A stretch of DNA of 64,000 nucleotides. It comes from a virus (lineage: Duplodnaviria > Heunggongvirae > Uroviricota > Caudoviricetes). This document shows, in pieces, positions 1 to 10,835 of the stretch. The DNA lies in the IMG/VR virus record IMGVR_UViG_3300031787_000010, positions 9,429-73,428 of that record. One strand, written 5' to 3'. Each line of letters starts with the position of its first letter. The first letter of the stretch is position 1. The notes under the pieces are model-generated. The model was given only the letters and a program-made list of their open reading frames with translations. It had not been told where the DNA came from and ran no database searches. Made by a program: the position numbers and the translations under genes.

Positions 1-1
1 A

Positions 2-721
2 TTCAAAACTCTTTGACGGAATATCCCAGAGACACCAACCGTGATTCTCGAGCGTCTCTCCGTGGTTCTGTTGAATAAGACTTGAAGCATAGACAATAAT
101 TGGGTCAGCTTCCTTAAGAACTTGATGCTTGTGAATGTCTCCGAGCATAACGATATCATACCCATTGAATGAATCAACGTGTACGTGGCGATTAGTAATG
201 GTAAAGTTTGCGTCGGTAGTAGAACCGTGCACCGGCCCGTGATAGAGAGCAATTTTTGTTCCTTCGTCAATCTCATCAGCGGTTGGCCAGTTCTCTTGTT
301 CGTCAAAGATAGAACACACCGCAAACGTGGTATCAGCAACCTCGACCAATGCACTTTCTCTTACATAATAGAGATTGGGATGTTGGAGGTTGTTTACGAT
401 GGGTGTAAGTGCATCCATACGATTTGTATTTGCAAGATTACAATCGTGGTTACCTGCAATCATAATGGTCGGTGCAATATCCGAAATAGTCTTTAAGAAA
501 CGAGAAGTCACCTCAACCATTTCTGGACTCATATCGGTTTTAGCGTGAACGATGTCACCGGCTAATACGATGACAAAGTTCTTCAACTGCTTATCACGAA
601 TGTCTTGATATAAACGACTAAATGCCTGCTCATATTCATCGTGTCTACGGAACAAACGAATATGGATATCGGCTAAATGTATAACGTGCTGTAATTTCTT
701 AAACGGAACTTTTATTTTCAT
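2..721 (-). CDS. SbcD/Mre11 (T4 gp47-like) recombination nuclease, N-terminal part; runs off the window start
   Basis: Not in the ORF track. Manual translation MKIKVPFKKLQHVIHLADIHIR...LAGDIVH...IAGNHD...YHGPV...LGDIH shows metallophosphoesterase motifs; ATGA overlap with the primase stop. Confidence 0.85.
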   Translation of the reverse strand, partial: MKIKVPFKKLQHVIHLADIHIRLFRRHDEYEQAFSRLYQDIRDKQLKNFVIVLAGDIVHAKTDMSPEMVEVTSRFLKTISDIAPTIMIAGNHDCNLANTNRMDALTPIVNNLQHPNLYYVRESALVEVADTTFAVCSIFDEQENWPTADEIDEGTKIALYHGPVHGSTTDANFTITNRHVHVDSFNGYDIVMLGDIHKHQVLKEADPIIVYASSLIQQNHGETLENHGWCLWDIPSKSFE

Positions 722-1623
722 GCGATAGATAACCTCTGTTCAATAAACTGCTTGAAATTCGTTGTTTTTGCGGAATCAATTGCATCCCACGAAGTTGTGA
801 ATCCCATCTCACTCGCATCTTTTCCATCGGTCAAGACGAGTTTTGTGTCAATCTCATACTGCTTCAATCGGTGTTCAAGTTTCAATGCATCCATCCGAGC
901 ATCAGCGTCAAGAAAGATGACGATGTTCTCTACACTATGACGGAGAAGTGCGTACTCTAAATTCTTGGAAATTGTTTTTCCCATCAACGGGATAGCGTTC
1001 TGTCGAAGAGCAATTGCATCGAACATTCCTTCGCACAGAATAATTGGTTCTTCCCAATCAATCATATTTTCAAATATAATAGTATTCTTGCTGACCGGAG
1101 GATTCTTATATTTCATTCCGCCGTCATAGAACGACCGTGCGGTAAAATAATTTAATTGGTTATTACTGTCATACGAGGGAACAATGATTCGACCAGCGTA
1201 AGTCCCCGTTTCACAATATCCCATTCTATACCGAAGAATATCTTCCGCTGTGATTCCTCTATTCTTCAGATAGGTCAATGCGTGAAGATACGGGTAACTT
1301 TTCTCTGACTTCCACAACGGTTTATATTCGGCGGGTAATGTAAGATGTTGTGGTTCATCTGTACTAATGTATTTACTACGACTTTCTTCTCCCAACAATT
1401 CTTTAAATTTAGTAATAACTTGTTTGGGGAGATTCATCCGCTTTAATAGCGATATAAGTCGAGCACCCTTTGCATCACATATCCAACACTTCCACTTATT
1501 ACTTACTATATTGATAGATAGTTTTTTCTTGTGATGGTGGCAGAACGGACAACGGAACAAATATTCGTCCCGTTGTTGTGTGTGTTGTCCAAGATATTCG
1601 TCGAGTAAAGTTAATATAGTCAT
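718..1623 (-). CDS. DNA primase (Zn finger + TOPRIM)
   Basis: CPFC..H..C..C zinc finger, EGMFDA and FLDAD TOPRIM motifs. Confidence 0.9.
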   Translation of the reverse strand: MTILTLLDEYLGQHTQQRDEYLFRCPFCHHHKKKLSINIVSNKWKCWICDAKGARLISLLKRMNLPKQVITKFKELLGEESRSKYISTDEPQHLTLPAEYKPLWKSEKSYPYLHALTYLKNRGITAEDILRYRMGYCETGTYAGRIIVPSYDSNNQLNYFTARSFYDGGMKYKNPPVSKNTIIFENMIDWEEPIILCEGMFDAIALRQNAIPLMGKTISKNLEYALLRHSVENIVIFLDADARMDALKLEHRLKQYEIDTKLVLTDGKDASEMGFTTSWDAIDSAKTTNFKQFIEQRLSIA

Positions 1624-1641
1624 ACTCGAAACCTAATATCT

Positions 1642-2004
1642 TTATTCGGTTTTGTCAATAGGTTTTGGTCGCTTAATTAGTTCGAAAAAATGTTCGGCAT
1701 CTAACGCCACGTACATCTTACTGCGGTTTCTCTTAAAAAATAATATAGGATGTGTTTCTTCCTTCGTATTTTTTTCCGCTTGTTCAAGTGACGACCATAC
1801 ATTCAATTTTTCTTGATTCTTACATTCAACGGAATATGGAAATTGTTGACGAGCGGCGTGGGACAATTTAATATCTGTACCACTATCACCCATCAATGTC
1901 GATACAACGTCATCTTCATGCAAATTAGGGAAATGAGAGAGTATCATTTCCCTAATCATATTTTGGGCACGTTTACCCTTATTTTTTGCCGATCTTGCTT
2001 TCAT
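1642..2004 (-). CDS. PD-(D/E)XK nuclease, Holliday junction resolvase-like
   Basis: SAKNKGKR start, GTDI...VECKNQE motif. Confidence 0.7.
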   Translation of the reverse strand: MKARSAKNKGKRAQNMIREMILSHFPNLHEDDVVSTLMGDSGTDIKLSHAARQQFPYSVECKNQEKLNVWSSLEQAEKNTKEETHPILFFKRNRSKMYVALDAEHFFELIKRPKPIDKTE

Positions 2005-2029
2005 AAAATAACCCTTTGTTTAAATTGTA

Positions 2030-2494
2030 TTAACCGCCCAAACCAGCCGGCGATGGTCCTACTGCACCACCGTTTACTTTACCTTTTGAAAGTTCACCTA
2101 ACTTTGTGATAAAATCTTTACCAGACAATCCATTATATTTTTGTACGATTGTGTTAGCGTTACGAACATCATTAATTGTAGTAAATCGGTTGTTGGTTAA
2201 ATAGGTATCACCTTTATCTACACCTTTTTGCAACCAACGGCTGAGTGAGTATGTACCTGCTACTTTACCACCACCACCGTAACGGAAATCTCCCGCGGCG
2301 TTTTTAGTAAATTCAGTTTGTACTTCATCTGGTGCTGCGGTTGCGTCGGGCGACCAGGCACCACGACCATCACCGTCCAAGAAATTTACACCTGCACCAG
2401 CTTCACCACCAGCCTGAAATGATTTTACTCGACCAACATATGTTTCATTACCAGCTGCGTTATATCTTTCTTCTAACGTCATACGAATCTCCAA
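2030..2494 (-). CDS. hypothetical protein (Gly-rich, probably virion-associated)
   Basis: ORF in frame within the minus-strand structural operon. Confidence 0.6.
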   Translation of the reverse strand: MEIRMTLEERYNAAGNETYVGRVKSFQAGGEAGAGVNFLDGDGRGAWSPDATAAPDEVQTEFTKNAAGDFRYGGGGKVAGTYSLSRWLQKGVDKGDTYLTNNRFTTINDVRNANTIVQKYNGLSGKDFITKLGELSKGKVNGGAVGPSPAGLGG

Positions 2495-2497
2495 AGG

Positions 2498-3427
2498 TTA
2501 TTCGGTATCAAACCTAACTATAAATATCTGTTCCGCATCAAAAGTACGTTGAATTGGACCACTTAATTTTGCAACCGCCAGTAATTCATACTGGTCGTTG
2601 TATAACCCAATTGTTGTTATATACGGCTTAATTATTTCTGCACCCATTAGATTGTATAACGACCAACTATTTTCTGTCTTTGGATCGATATTATTTTCTA
2701 TAAAGGATGCGGTTACACTACCAGTACTACTATATATTGATTTTATTGTTGGATTGAAGGCTGAAAAATTAAAATCATTTGCTCCCAATCTTACGTTTAT
2801 CTGATATTGTTGAAACTCTACATTACTATTGTATGTTAGTTCTACTGAAGAACCGCTGACAATTTGTATACCATCAGTTGACACAGTTGGGGATAGTGAC
2901 GCGGTGTTTTGTTTTATTATTGCAATTCCCCGTGAATAAATAATACGACCAACGTAGTTTGTTGCTCCAGACTGTGTATAATACAGATTTCCTATTGAGT
3001 CATCTACAATTTTTGGTAAAGACGAAGAACTTACGATTAATTCAAATGATCCAGGTTTTATTTTGTCACCATATAAATTTTGCGCAATGCTTATTACAAA
3101 AGCATCATTAGGAAGTGCCACTACACTTTCTGTAACTAGTCTGGTACCGCTAACGAACGCATTGTGTTTAGAATTATAAAACAAATGTTTCAACGATCGA
3201 TGTAAAACATACCCACGGGTACCCGTATCTACGTTTACAAAATCCTCATATTCATTTGCTGTGGCTCTGTTAATCGTTATAGTGCCATCCAATCCATTAA
3301 TAGATTCAGTTGGATACGTTATTTCCATGCCATTTGAAGATGACAAAAACTGCCAAGTTAAATTAGCATATGTAGTATACGTTCTTTCTGTTATATCTTT
3401 TTTATCTATCGTGCTAAATGTTTTCAT
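2498..3427 (-). CDS. virion structural protein (baseplate/tail associated)
   Basis: C-terminal PYITTIGLYNDQYELLAVAKL shared with the paralog at 3512-4687. Confidence 0.65.
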   Translation of the reverse strand: MKTFSTIDKKDITERTYTTYANLTWQFLSSSNGMEITYPTESINGLDGTITINRATANEYEDFVNVDTGTRGYVLHRSLKHLFYNSKHNAFVSGTRLVTESVVALPNDAFVISIAQNLYGDKIKPGSFELIVSSSSLPKIVDDSIGNLYYTQSGATNYVGRIIYSRGIAIIKQNTASLSPTVSTDGIQIVSGSSVELTYNSNVEFQQYQINVRLGANDFNFSAFNPTIKSIYSSTGSVTASFIENNIDPKTENSWSLYNLMGAEIIKPYITTIGLYNDQYELLAVAKLSGPIQRTFDAEQIFIVRFDTE

Positions 3428-3511
3428 TGATAAATATGTCTTATAGTATTATGACCACTCCCCTATAACTAGAGTCGTGGTCACAATACGTTTCAGATTG
3501 TCCTTATTTTA

Positions 3512-4687
3512 TTAGAAGTCTAATCTAACTCTTAACAATAATTCTTCGTCAAACGATTTTTGAACCGGCTTACTTAACTTAGCCACTGCCAATAATTCAC
3601 TAGAATCATTATACAAACCGACAGTAGTAATGTATACTCTAGGATCTTTTCTAAATTCAGAGAATACTAGTGTTCCAGTATCTGCGTTATAGAAGGTAGG
3701 ATTGTTAGAGTAATTATATTCTTTGTTACGAAGTCTTACAAAGTAATGTGTTGAAGAAATTGTTTCTGCTGAACGTGCTTTAAATTGATAATCTTCATCT
3801 CGTAACAATGCTTGTTTCATAGAAACAAACAATGATGCGTGATTATACGTTGATTCTGTTGTACCCCAAGTTAATGAATGTGTTACCGGAGCATATGGTT
3901 TGGTTGCAGAAGCAATAGTAGCTTTTGTGTACAAAGCTGTTGGGCTTGTTATTGAACTCGTAGCAGCAGATCCTGTAGTTATTCCTGAACCCGATGTGAA
4001 GAATCCAACCATTGGTCCAATTGCATTTGGATTAAGTATGATAATACCTAAATCTGGATAGACAAGTCCGTATCCCGACCCATTAAATGAACTACTGACT
4101 GTACCCGTTGCTAGGGTAGAACCAGATACACCTGTTAATGAACCAGAAACTACGTTATAAACTCTTCCTGCTTTTGTGTTTGAGGTAAGTGCGCCGCGAG
4201 TTTGACCACTATCGTCAATAAATAAATGAACACCATTTGCACCTGATAATGGTAATACCCAATTACCTGGATCTAGTTGTTCACGAATACGTGCACGTTG
4301 TATGTTAATTACATAAAAATGATCAGACGAATCACCTTGTGAGAAAGTAAATTTGGTATCGCCTGGATCTAATAATAAATTACGATATTGACTGTATATT
4401 GCTTTAGTTGCTAAAGTTGCTTGCTCATTGTCCGTTAACGTTGGCGAACCACCTCCGTTAACGTGTCCGTATGCTACAGCAAATTGTACTTCTGCTAAAC
4501 TATCCGTGGTGTCTTTGTTATATACATCAAAATAATATAATCCGGAATCACCGTTAACTTGTGAATCTTTTAAATACATTGAAGTACTAACCAATGAACC
4601 CGTATCACCTGACCAAAGCCCAGTAGTTACTACTGTCGGGTTTGCTTCAACTATGTCGTCAGGACTAAAACGTGTATAAATACTCAT
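3512..4687 (-). CDS. virion structural protein (baseplate/tail associated)
   Basis: C-terminal YITTVGLYNDSSELLAVAKL; Ser/Thr/Gly-rich. Confidence 0.65.
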   Translation of the reverse strand: MSIYTRFSPDDIVEANPTVVTTGLWSGDTGSLVSTSMYLKDSQVNGDSGLYYFDVYNKDTTDSLAEVQFAVAYGHVNGGGSPTLTDNEQATLATKAIYSQYRNLLLDPGDTKFTFSQGDSSDHFYVINIQRARIREQLDPGNWVLPLSGANGVHLFIDDSGQTRGALTSNTKAGRVYNVVSGSLTGVSGSTLATGTVSSSFNGSGYGLVYPDLGIIILNPNAIGPMVGFFTSGSGITTGSAATSSITSPTALYTKATIASATKPYAPVTHSLTWGTTESTYNHASLFVSMKQALLRDEDYQFKARSAETISSTHYFVRLRNKEYNYSNNPTFYNADTGTLVFSEFRKDPRVYITTVGLYNDSSELLAVAKLSKPVQKSFDEELLLRVRLDF

Positions 4688-4702
4688 ATATTATTCCTAA
4701 TG

Positions 4703-5341
4703 TTATACGGTGAGTCGTGGGTTAATAGTAACAGGAACACTTATAGTTGCACCAGTTTGGTTACCAACAATTACTAATTGTGTTTCTGTTACGGTAGTGA
4801 CATCTCTTGGAATTAATGTAAAGCTAGTTCCACGAACAACAATAGCATTACTTGTAACAGCGTCACCTATAAATGTTGGTACAGTTGGCGCACCGGTTAA
4901 TCCTGTTCCGGTTAATAACGCAGCTTCACCGTCGTAAAGAATTGCGGTATATCCAAATGGTGCTGAGTTAAGTCCGTCTGTAGTGGTAACCGTAATAATT
5001 TGTGACGGGGTTGATGTTGCACTATATGTAAGTTCAATTGACTTTGGATTGACCTGAATTTGAGGAATAGCGTTTGCACCTCGTGCCAAAGTTACTAACT
5101 TATAACGTAGTGATTGTGTTTCATCCGGTGATGCTTCTACTAGTGGTAAATTTTCAATTGATGAACCATAGTATTCTGTGCCAAGCGGATGTGCCGGATC
5201 ATATAATCCATAATCAATTTCATCATCCGCTACAGCAAATTGCGTAACGTTAAATGCCGAACGGCCTCTTGCAAGGAGCTCCCGTCCCTTTTTCGTCAAA
5301 ATTGCATCAACCGTGACGCTTGAATTGTTTAAATATCCCAT
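4703..5341 (-). CDS. virion structural protein with tail-fibre-attachment-like N-terminus
   Basis: ILTKKGRELLA...VTQFAVADD resembles N-termini of tail-collar fibre proteins; SD GGAG. Confidence 0.55.
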   Translation of the reverse strand: MGYLNNSSVTVDAILTKKGRELLARGRSAFNVTQFAVADDEIDYGLYDPAHPLGTEYYGSSIENLPLVEASPDETQSLRYKLVTLARGANAIPQIQVNPKSIELTYSATSTPSQIITVTTTDGLNSAPFGYTAILYDGEAALLTGTGLTGAPTVPTFIGDAVTSNAIVVRGTSFTLIPRDVTTVTETQLVIVGNQTGATISVPVTINPRLTV

Positions 5342-5408
5342 ACTGTTAAACTCCGAGTGTTAAGAGGTCTAATATAAATATATAGTTTGCAAAGATTTAT
5401 TCCGTTGG

Positions 5409-8400
5409 TTATTGTACTTGCAACGTTCCACCACCACCGGTTTGAATCTCTGTGTTTGTTTGTGTCGGTGATACGACAAGTTCGTTTCCTTCACCAATAA
5501 ATACTTGTACCGGCGGTAAACCATCAATTGTTGTATCTACGGTATTTTTACATCCTTCATAGTTTCTACGTTTAGTTGCTGTAGATGTGTCTCTGTAGAA
5601 CCGATAATGTTTTGGTAGATATCCAAATGGAATTCTTGGTTCAATTTCAAGTGCGAAATAAAATGCATATATTGTTGTACCAAGTTTATCTGTTCCTGTT
5701 AGATTGTTAATTGTGTAGTATATTGTGGCATTTGGTGGGAACTCTCCAGCAACAACAAGAGGTATTGGATTTGTTAATGTCAACTGACTAACGTTCGGTA
5801 ATACTGTATCAAGTAGTACACCGTGTGACCCTGTTGGAAGTGTTGTAATTGAACGATTAATATCATTAGTCCGTGCTTCGTCTGTACTATAGAATCGTAC
5901 TCTTATGTCCGATGTGTTAGATTGAAGTGCAAATAAAACTAATGTATTTTGAAGAACCGCTTCACCTATTGCGTAAGATCCAGAACCAATACTTGCTACT
6001 CTAATAGTATCAACATAACGATCTGGAATGTCTACTATTCTGTCTACAGAAACCGTTGTTGTTCTGTAGTTATTTAATTCCGGCTGCGATACTGTAAATA
6101 TATCGTATACAATTTTTCTAGGTTCTCGTACTTCGGTTGGCTTAAACTTTAATAACTGCCAATTATTTCTATCCAACGATGGTGGCAAATAACTTGGAGT
6201 TCCACCTAAATAATAGGAAGTTCCATCAGAAGGAGCGGCATACGCAGCTCTTGTGTTAAATACATAGTATCTACCATTACCACCTTGTGCGGTTGATGCC
6301 ACACTCTCTAAATTTTGATCATATAATGATACGTCTTGATATACTACATCATAAATATTGTATGTTTGCCCGTAAGACCAAGTAGTTGCTGCTTCAAAAT
6401 TAATTGGTTTAGGATATACTGGTAGTTTTTCTGTCTTAGCAAAGAGATATACACCTTCTGGGTTATTGAAATATGTTCTGGTACCAACATCTGTCAAATC
6501 CGCTATTGGTTTGATTTCACGCAATGCAGGGATATACAGACTTGTTACTCCACCAGTTCTATTAATTTCAATTTCTTGTTTAAATAATTTTCTTGTGTAT
6601 ACTCTTCTATAAGGCTCAGCTCCCTCACTACCATAATTAATATCGTTGTACTTGATTTTATTTCCTATATCATTTTCTAAATTAATTATAGTTTGTGGTT
6701 TTGGACGATTCCACGCATATCCCGGCGAACCCTTATAGGAACCAGTAACGTCCGAGTCAACTTCATTCATCAGTCTGTATGTGGCTGATTCTCCAATAAA
6801 TCTAAAATCATCATATCTGTTTATTACTGAGCTGGTGTAATAGTTTACCGTAGCATAAGGTATTTGTTGAACTATACTATTAGTCACATATCCTTTAATA
6901 GTATTGTTTGCGTTAGATTCAATTGTAAGTGGTTGTTCTAAACTACCGCTAATTTTTTGTAAATCTGCTGAAGTCTCTGCTACAAGGTTTGGTAACGTAG
7001 TTTTTAAACTACTAGTAACGGTTGTTAGTGCTGTAGACTGTAGTACTTGTATCGGCGTTGACGGTACCGTTGCTAATAATTTTCCGTTTTGAGAAGCAAT
7101 GGAAGATTCTATACTAATATCCGATGACTTACTAATTGCTGATTGATATGAATTGTATTGTGCTGTTAATCTATTTTCCGCTGATTGCGACAATGATGTT
7201 CTGTAATCTGCGTATTTTGCATTAACTTCTGTTTCTTGTAAAAATTCAATTTCTGTTTTAAAGTTACTTGGTTTACCGGACATCGACAACAAATCGTTAC
7301 TGATATCAATATCTGTTTTATATGATGTTGACGAACCGAGTACCGTTCTTTCTTGTTCTAAATCAATTTGTTGGCTAAGATTAAATGTTGCCGCATAGTC
7401 AGGTTTACTTCCAGTTAATGACGATGCAGCGTTTAATGTTTTTCTTGTACCAGCACCGTAAACACGAAGATTTTTTGTCAACGGAATTGTTGTTCTTTCT
7501 AGAATATTTGGTTCTATTAGTATGCCCTTAAATAATGTAGCTTTTGATGGAATAAAATAATTCAAAGTTTGATCGAGTACAGAACTGATACCGGAGAGAA
7601 TTCTTATAAATTTATTTATGTTTATTGGGGCATAGTAGAACTGGCTATAATACTCTTGTAAAGTGGAAATTGTTGGATTTCCTGTTCTATAAAAATCAAC
7701 TGGCAATCCTAATATATTATTAATATTTTCTGCGCCAAGATTTCTTATGATATTTTGATTGACGAAATCTGTTGGTGATAACGCAAGTAGTATCTCGTTT
7801 CGTGTAGCTTGTAGTCGTTTTTTCTCAACACTAACAATACTAGTTGATCGTGATAATTTTTTCACACCACCAGTTGTTAAGTTTTCTGCATTGAATACTG
7901 GTTCTGGTGCTATTCTAATTTTATTTGTGACATAAGTTTGTGATCCGACAGTCGGCGCAATCTGTCGAACTATTCTACTGTATCTGTTAAACGATCCTGT
8001 ATTAATGTTATATGTTTCAAATTGCTCAATAGACGGTGAATCGGTAAGTTGTGCATATGGACTTTCATTTATTATATAATTTGGCGCAGAACCAGTTAAT
8101 AGAGAGTTGTCAATTCTATTAAACGATAACTGTGCATATAAGTAATCAGATGGATCGGAATACTCATCTCCAGCGTTAGAACCAGGATCATATGCATTTG
8201 TTTCTATTGTGCCCTGTGATAATGTTTTACCCCACATTCTAAACTCATCTACCGTTCCGTCCATTCGAGCTTGTACTGCTGATCCAGATCCACCCAAATA
8301 CAAATATTGAGTATTATTCCAAACAGAATTCAATGGTGCAGTAGATGTTATTTGTGGAGATTTAAATATCATCGTATCACCTTCAGTTGACATTAACTGT

Positions 8401-10304
8401 AGTGACACCGCTCCTGCTATATTTTGTACTGTGATATTGATTAAATCGTTTGTAAATATTGGGTAGTAGTCTGTTAGTATCGTGGCTGTACTTCCAGACA
8501 ATAACATTAATCTTCCTTGTTCTGTTATTGTTGGATGTGGCAATGTGTGTAATCCCCAAGAATCATCACCTGTTAAGATTGTATTAACTTGTGATGTGGG
8601 CAACAGTATGTTAAATTGTATTGCTTTTGGTTCTCTTAATGATGCGGAAAACGGTATTTTTACATACGAAGTTGTAGTGCTATCAAAATCTAAACCAGTA
8701 CTAAATTCATCAAATATTTTATACGAACTAGTTGTTGCCGTACCAACTTCTCTAACTGATATAAATTCAGGCGGGAGTCCAAATGATCGAAGTAGTGTAT
8801 TTAATGAACTTCTTGTACCTTTAGATTTTGCAAACAAAGAAAGATTATGTAGTAATCTCTTGTATGTTTGTGCAGTATAAAGTCGTCTTGAATCATTATT
8901 TCCAGTACCCAGTACAGTAGAACTTAAATCATATACCGAATCTAATGTTGGTAATTTAAATCCGTATGATTCTGCTACTTCATTAATTAAATCTTTTGCT
9001 AATTCTTCATCAGGATTTAATGCTCTACTATTGATGTCACCAAACTTATCAATATAAGGTTTAATTGTATCAAAGAAGTGACCAATCATAGACACAAACG
9101 TAATATATGCTTGTGAATTTTCATCTTCTCTGATGTGTGTTGGTATTGTGTTGACTAGATTATTTTGATTGAATTCGTCATATCGTTGTGCAATTTCAAA
9201 TTGAGTGTCAAACCAAGTTAATGCAGTACTACTAGTTACTGGCCACAATGCACTTCCAGATTTTGGCCAGTATCCCAGAGAGTTATATTCAACACCACCG
9301 TCCACATAATCAAACGATGCAGTATACGGACTATTTGATCCGGACAAAGTAAAATACAGATATTGTTCGTATTTATCAAATGCTCTAATAATTGATTCTT
9401 TTTCTTTTGCTAATTCCGCAGTTTGTTCTTGAACGTAGATACTACCAGCACTTGATATACTACCTGTAAATGATGAGCTGATAAATTGCGTTCGTTGTGT
9501 TTCTATTTTTTCTATGCGCTTAAGCTTTTCCCTAAACGCCACCAATCGTAATGCTGCTGAACTGTAAAATATAAAATTATTATAGTCGGTAAAATCAATG
9601 TTTATGTCAGCGGAATTAAAATCGTCAGTATACCATTGTCTGAATATCTGATCTTCAAATGATATATTATTGTAATTATCCGTTGTCCCGATTGAGCCGG
9701 AGTTTAATGACAACCGTTGTAAAGTTATATTTTTTAATCGTTTTCCTAAATTTGGATTAAACGGAATTTTTGTATTTTTTGGACGTAAAAATGGAGTGTT
9801 GTCGATGGGTGGAGCAAATCGTATCTTAACCGTATCAATTAATGATTTAACAACTTCACGACTTAAGAATACGGAATCGTTCAGATTTACATCGTCGGGT
9901 ACAGGTTGTAGTAGTTTTAATTGAATAGACTTTTCTCGTGCACCAGATCTGTATGCTAGCACAACCGACTGTCTATCTTCACCGTAATTTAATAAAGTTT
10001 TTAACTCTCTATCTTCATCAATATAATTAAGAATCGCATCATTGACGAATCTACTAGCGACAGATATGAGTGGATCAGAAATATTAATATTAATTGGTAA
10101 CGTTGTAATATTAAACGGATATACCAATCGTGTGGTAGCCTCTGGTGTAGCTATCGGTGTTATACTAACCACCACCGGCGCTACTACGTTTATTGCAGGT
10201 AACGGTGGGGCAATCTGAACAACAATACTTGCATTAAATGTGATAGTATTTACTACTTTTGGTGATATTTCAACTACTATTTGTGCTGTATAGTTGTATG
10301 CCAT
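5409..10304 (-). CDS. large baseplate wedge-like structural protein
   Basis: 1631 aa ORF in baseplate module; AKSKGTRSSLNTLLRSFGLP motif typical of wedge/tail-I-like proteins. Confidence 0.6.
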   Translation of the reverse strand: MAYNYTAQIVVEISPKVVNTITFNASIVVQIAPPLPAINVVAPVVVSITPIATPEATTRLVYPFNITTLPININISDPLISVASRFVNDAILNYIDEDRELKTLLNYGEDRQSVVLAYRSGAREKSIQLKLLQPVPDDVNLNDSVFLSREVVKSLIDTVKIRFAPPIDNTPFLRPKNTKIPFNPNLGKRLKNITLQRLSLNSGSIGTTDNYNNISFEDQIFRQWYTDDFNSADINIDFTDYNNFIFYSSAALRLVAFREKLKRIEKIETQRTQFISSSFTGSISSAGSIYVQEQTAELAKEKESIIRAFDKYEQYLYFTLSGSNSPYTASFDYVDGGVEYNSLGYWPKSGSALWPVTSSTALTWFDTQFEIAQRYDEFNQNNLVNTIPTHIREDENSQAYITFVSMIGHFFDTIKPYIDKFGDINSRALNPDEELAKDLINEVAESYGFKLPTLDSVYDLSSTVLGTGNNDSRRLYTAQTYKRLLHNLSLFAKSKGTRSSLNTLLRSFGLPPEFISVREVGTATTSSYKIFDEFSTGLDFDSTTTSYVKIPFSASLREPKAIQFNILLPTSQVNTILTGDDSWGLHTLPHPTITEQGRLMLLSGSTATILTDYYPIFTNDLINITVQNIAGAVSLQLMSTEGDTMIFKSPQITSTAPLNSVWNNTQYLYLGGSGSAVQARMDGTVDEFRMWGKTLSQGTIETNAYDPGSNAGDEYSDPSDYLYAQLSFNRIDNSLLTGSAPNYIINESPYAQLTDSPSIEQFETYNINTGSFNRYSRIVRQIAPTVGSQTYVTNKIRIAPEPVFNAENLTTGGVKKLSRSTSIVSVEKKRLQATRNEILLALSPTDFVNQNIIRNLGAENINNILGLPVDFYRTGNPTISTLQEYYSQFYYAPININKFIRILSGISSVLDQTLNYFIPSKATLFKGILIEPNILERTTIPLTKNLRVYGAGTRKTLNAASSLTGSKPDYAATFNLSQQIDLEQERTVLGSSTSYKTDIDISNDLLSMSGKPSNFKTEIEFLQETEVNAKYADYRTSLSQSAENRLTAQYNSYQSAISKSSDISIESSIASQNGKLLATVPSTPIQVLQSTALTTVTSSLKTTLPNLVAETSADLQKISGSLEQPLTIESNANNTIKGYVTNSIVQQIPYATVNYYTSSVINRYDDFRFIGESATYRLMNEVDSDVTGSYKGSPGYAWNRPKPQTIINLENDIGNKIKYNDINYGSEGAEPYRRVYTRKLFKQEIEINRTGGVTSLYIPALREIKPIADLTDVGTRTYFNNPEGVYLFAKTEKLPVYPKPINFEAATTWSYGQTYNIYDVVYQDVSLYDQNLESVASTAQGGNGRYYVFNTRAAYAAPSDGTSYYLGGTPSYLPPSLDRNNWQLLKFKPTEVREPRKIVYDIFTVSQPELNNYRTTTVSVDRIVDIPDRYVDTIRVASIGSGSYAIGEAVLQNTLVLFALQSNTSDIRVRFYSTDEARTNDINRSITTLPTGSHGVLLDTVLPNVSQLTLTNPIPLVVAGEFPPNATIYYTINNLTGTDKLGTTIYAFYFALEIEPRIPFGYLPKHYRFYRDTSTATKRRNYEGCKNTVDTTIDGLPPVQVFIGEGNELVVSPTQTNTEIQTGGGGTLQVQ

Positions 10305-10313
10305 CTAATTTCC

Positions 10314-10835
10314 TCAAACAAACTGTATATTATTTGGCAACGTAATTTTTTCCAGTGGCCCCAGTTCACTAGCTTTTCTGATTAATTCGTTGTTTGGATT
10401 AAACTTAACAATAACTTCCATATTTGTGTTTACGTTTTCCATCAATTCCATAGAAACATCGTTTGATACCAGTATTTGTATTTGTTTTTTTTGTTTCGGT
10501 GGCAACGTAATAGTTGATTTATACTTTCCAGAGTCGGTTAATTGTGATGATGCTCCAGAATTTATATTTAGCATAGATTTATTATAGAGAATATCTACGA
10601 TAAGATTTGCATTTTGTGTTAAATTTAGTAATTCTAAAGTACCGACAACCGGCGTTTTATTGGTTGTACCAATAGAATACTGTATTGAGGTTGGTGTTGG
10701 GACGATGTTATATGAAAACATATTATTTATATTTTCTTCTAATTCTACGTCGGTATATACCTCAAACTTTTGTAAAAAATCTACAGTACCCGTTGGTGTG
10801 GTTTTAATAGGCATATTAGCGTTCCGTTGCTTCAA
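10314..10835 (-). CDS. hypothetical structural protein
   Basis: ORF coupled to neighbours in the structural operon. Confidence 0.55.
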   Translation of the reverse strand: MKQRNANMPIKTTPTGTVDFLQKFEVYTDVELEENINNMFSYNIVPTPTSIQYSIGTTNKTPVVGTLELLNLTQNANLIVDILYNKSMLNINSGASSQLTDSGKYKSTITLPPKQKKQIQILVSNDVSMELMENVNTNMEVIVKFNPNNELIRKASELGPLEKITLPNNIQFV

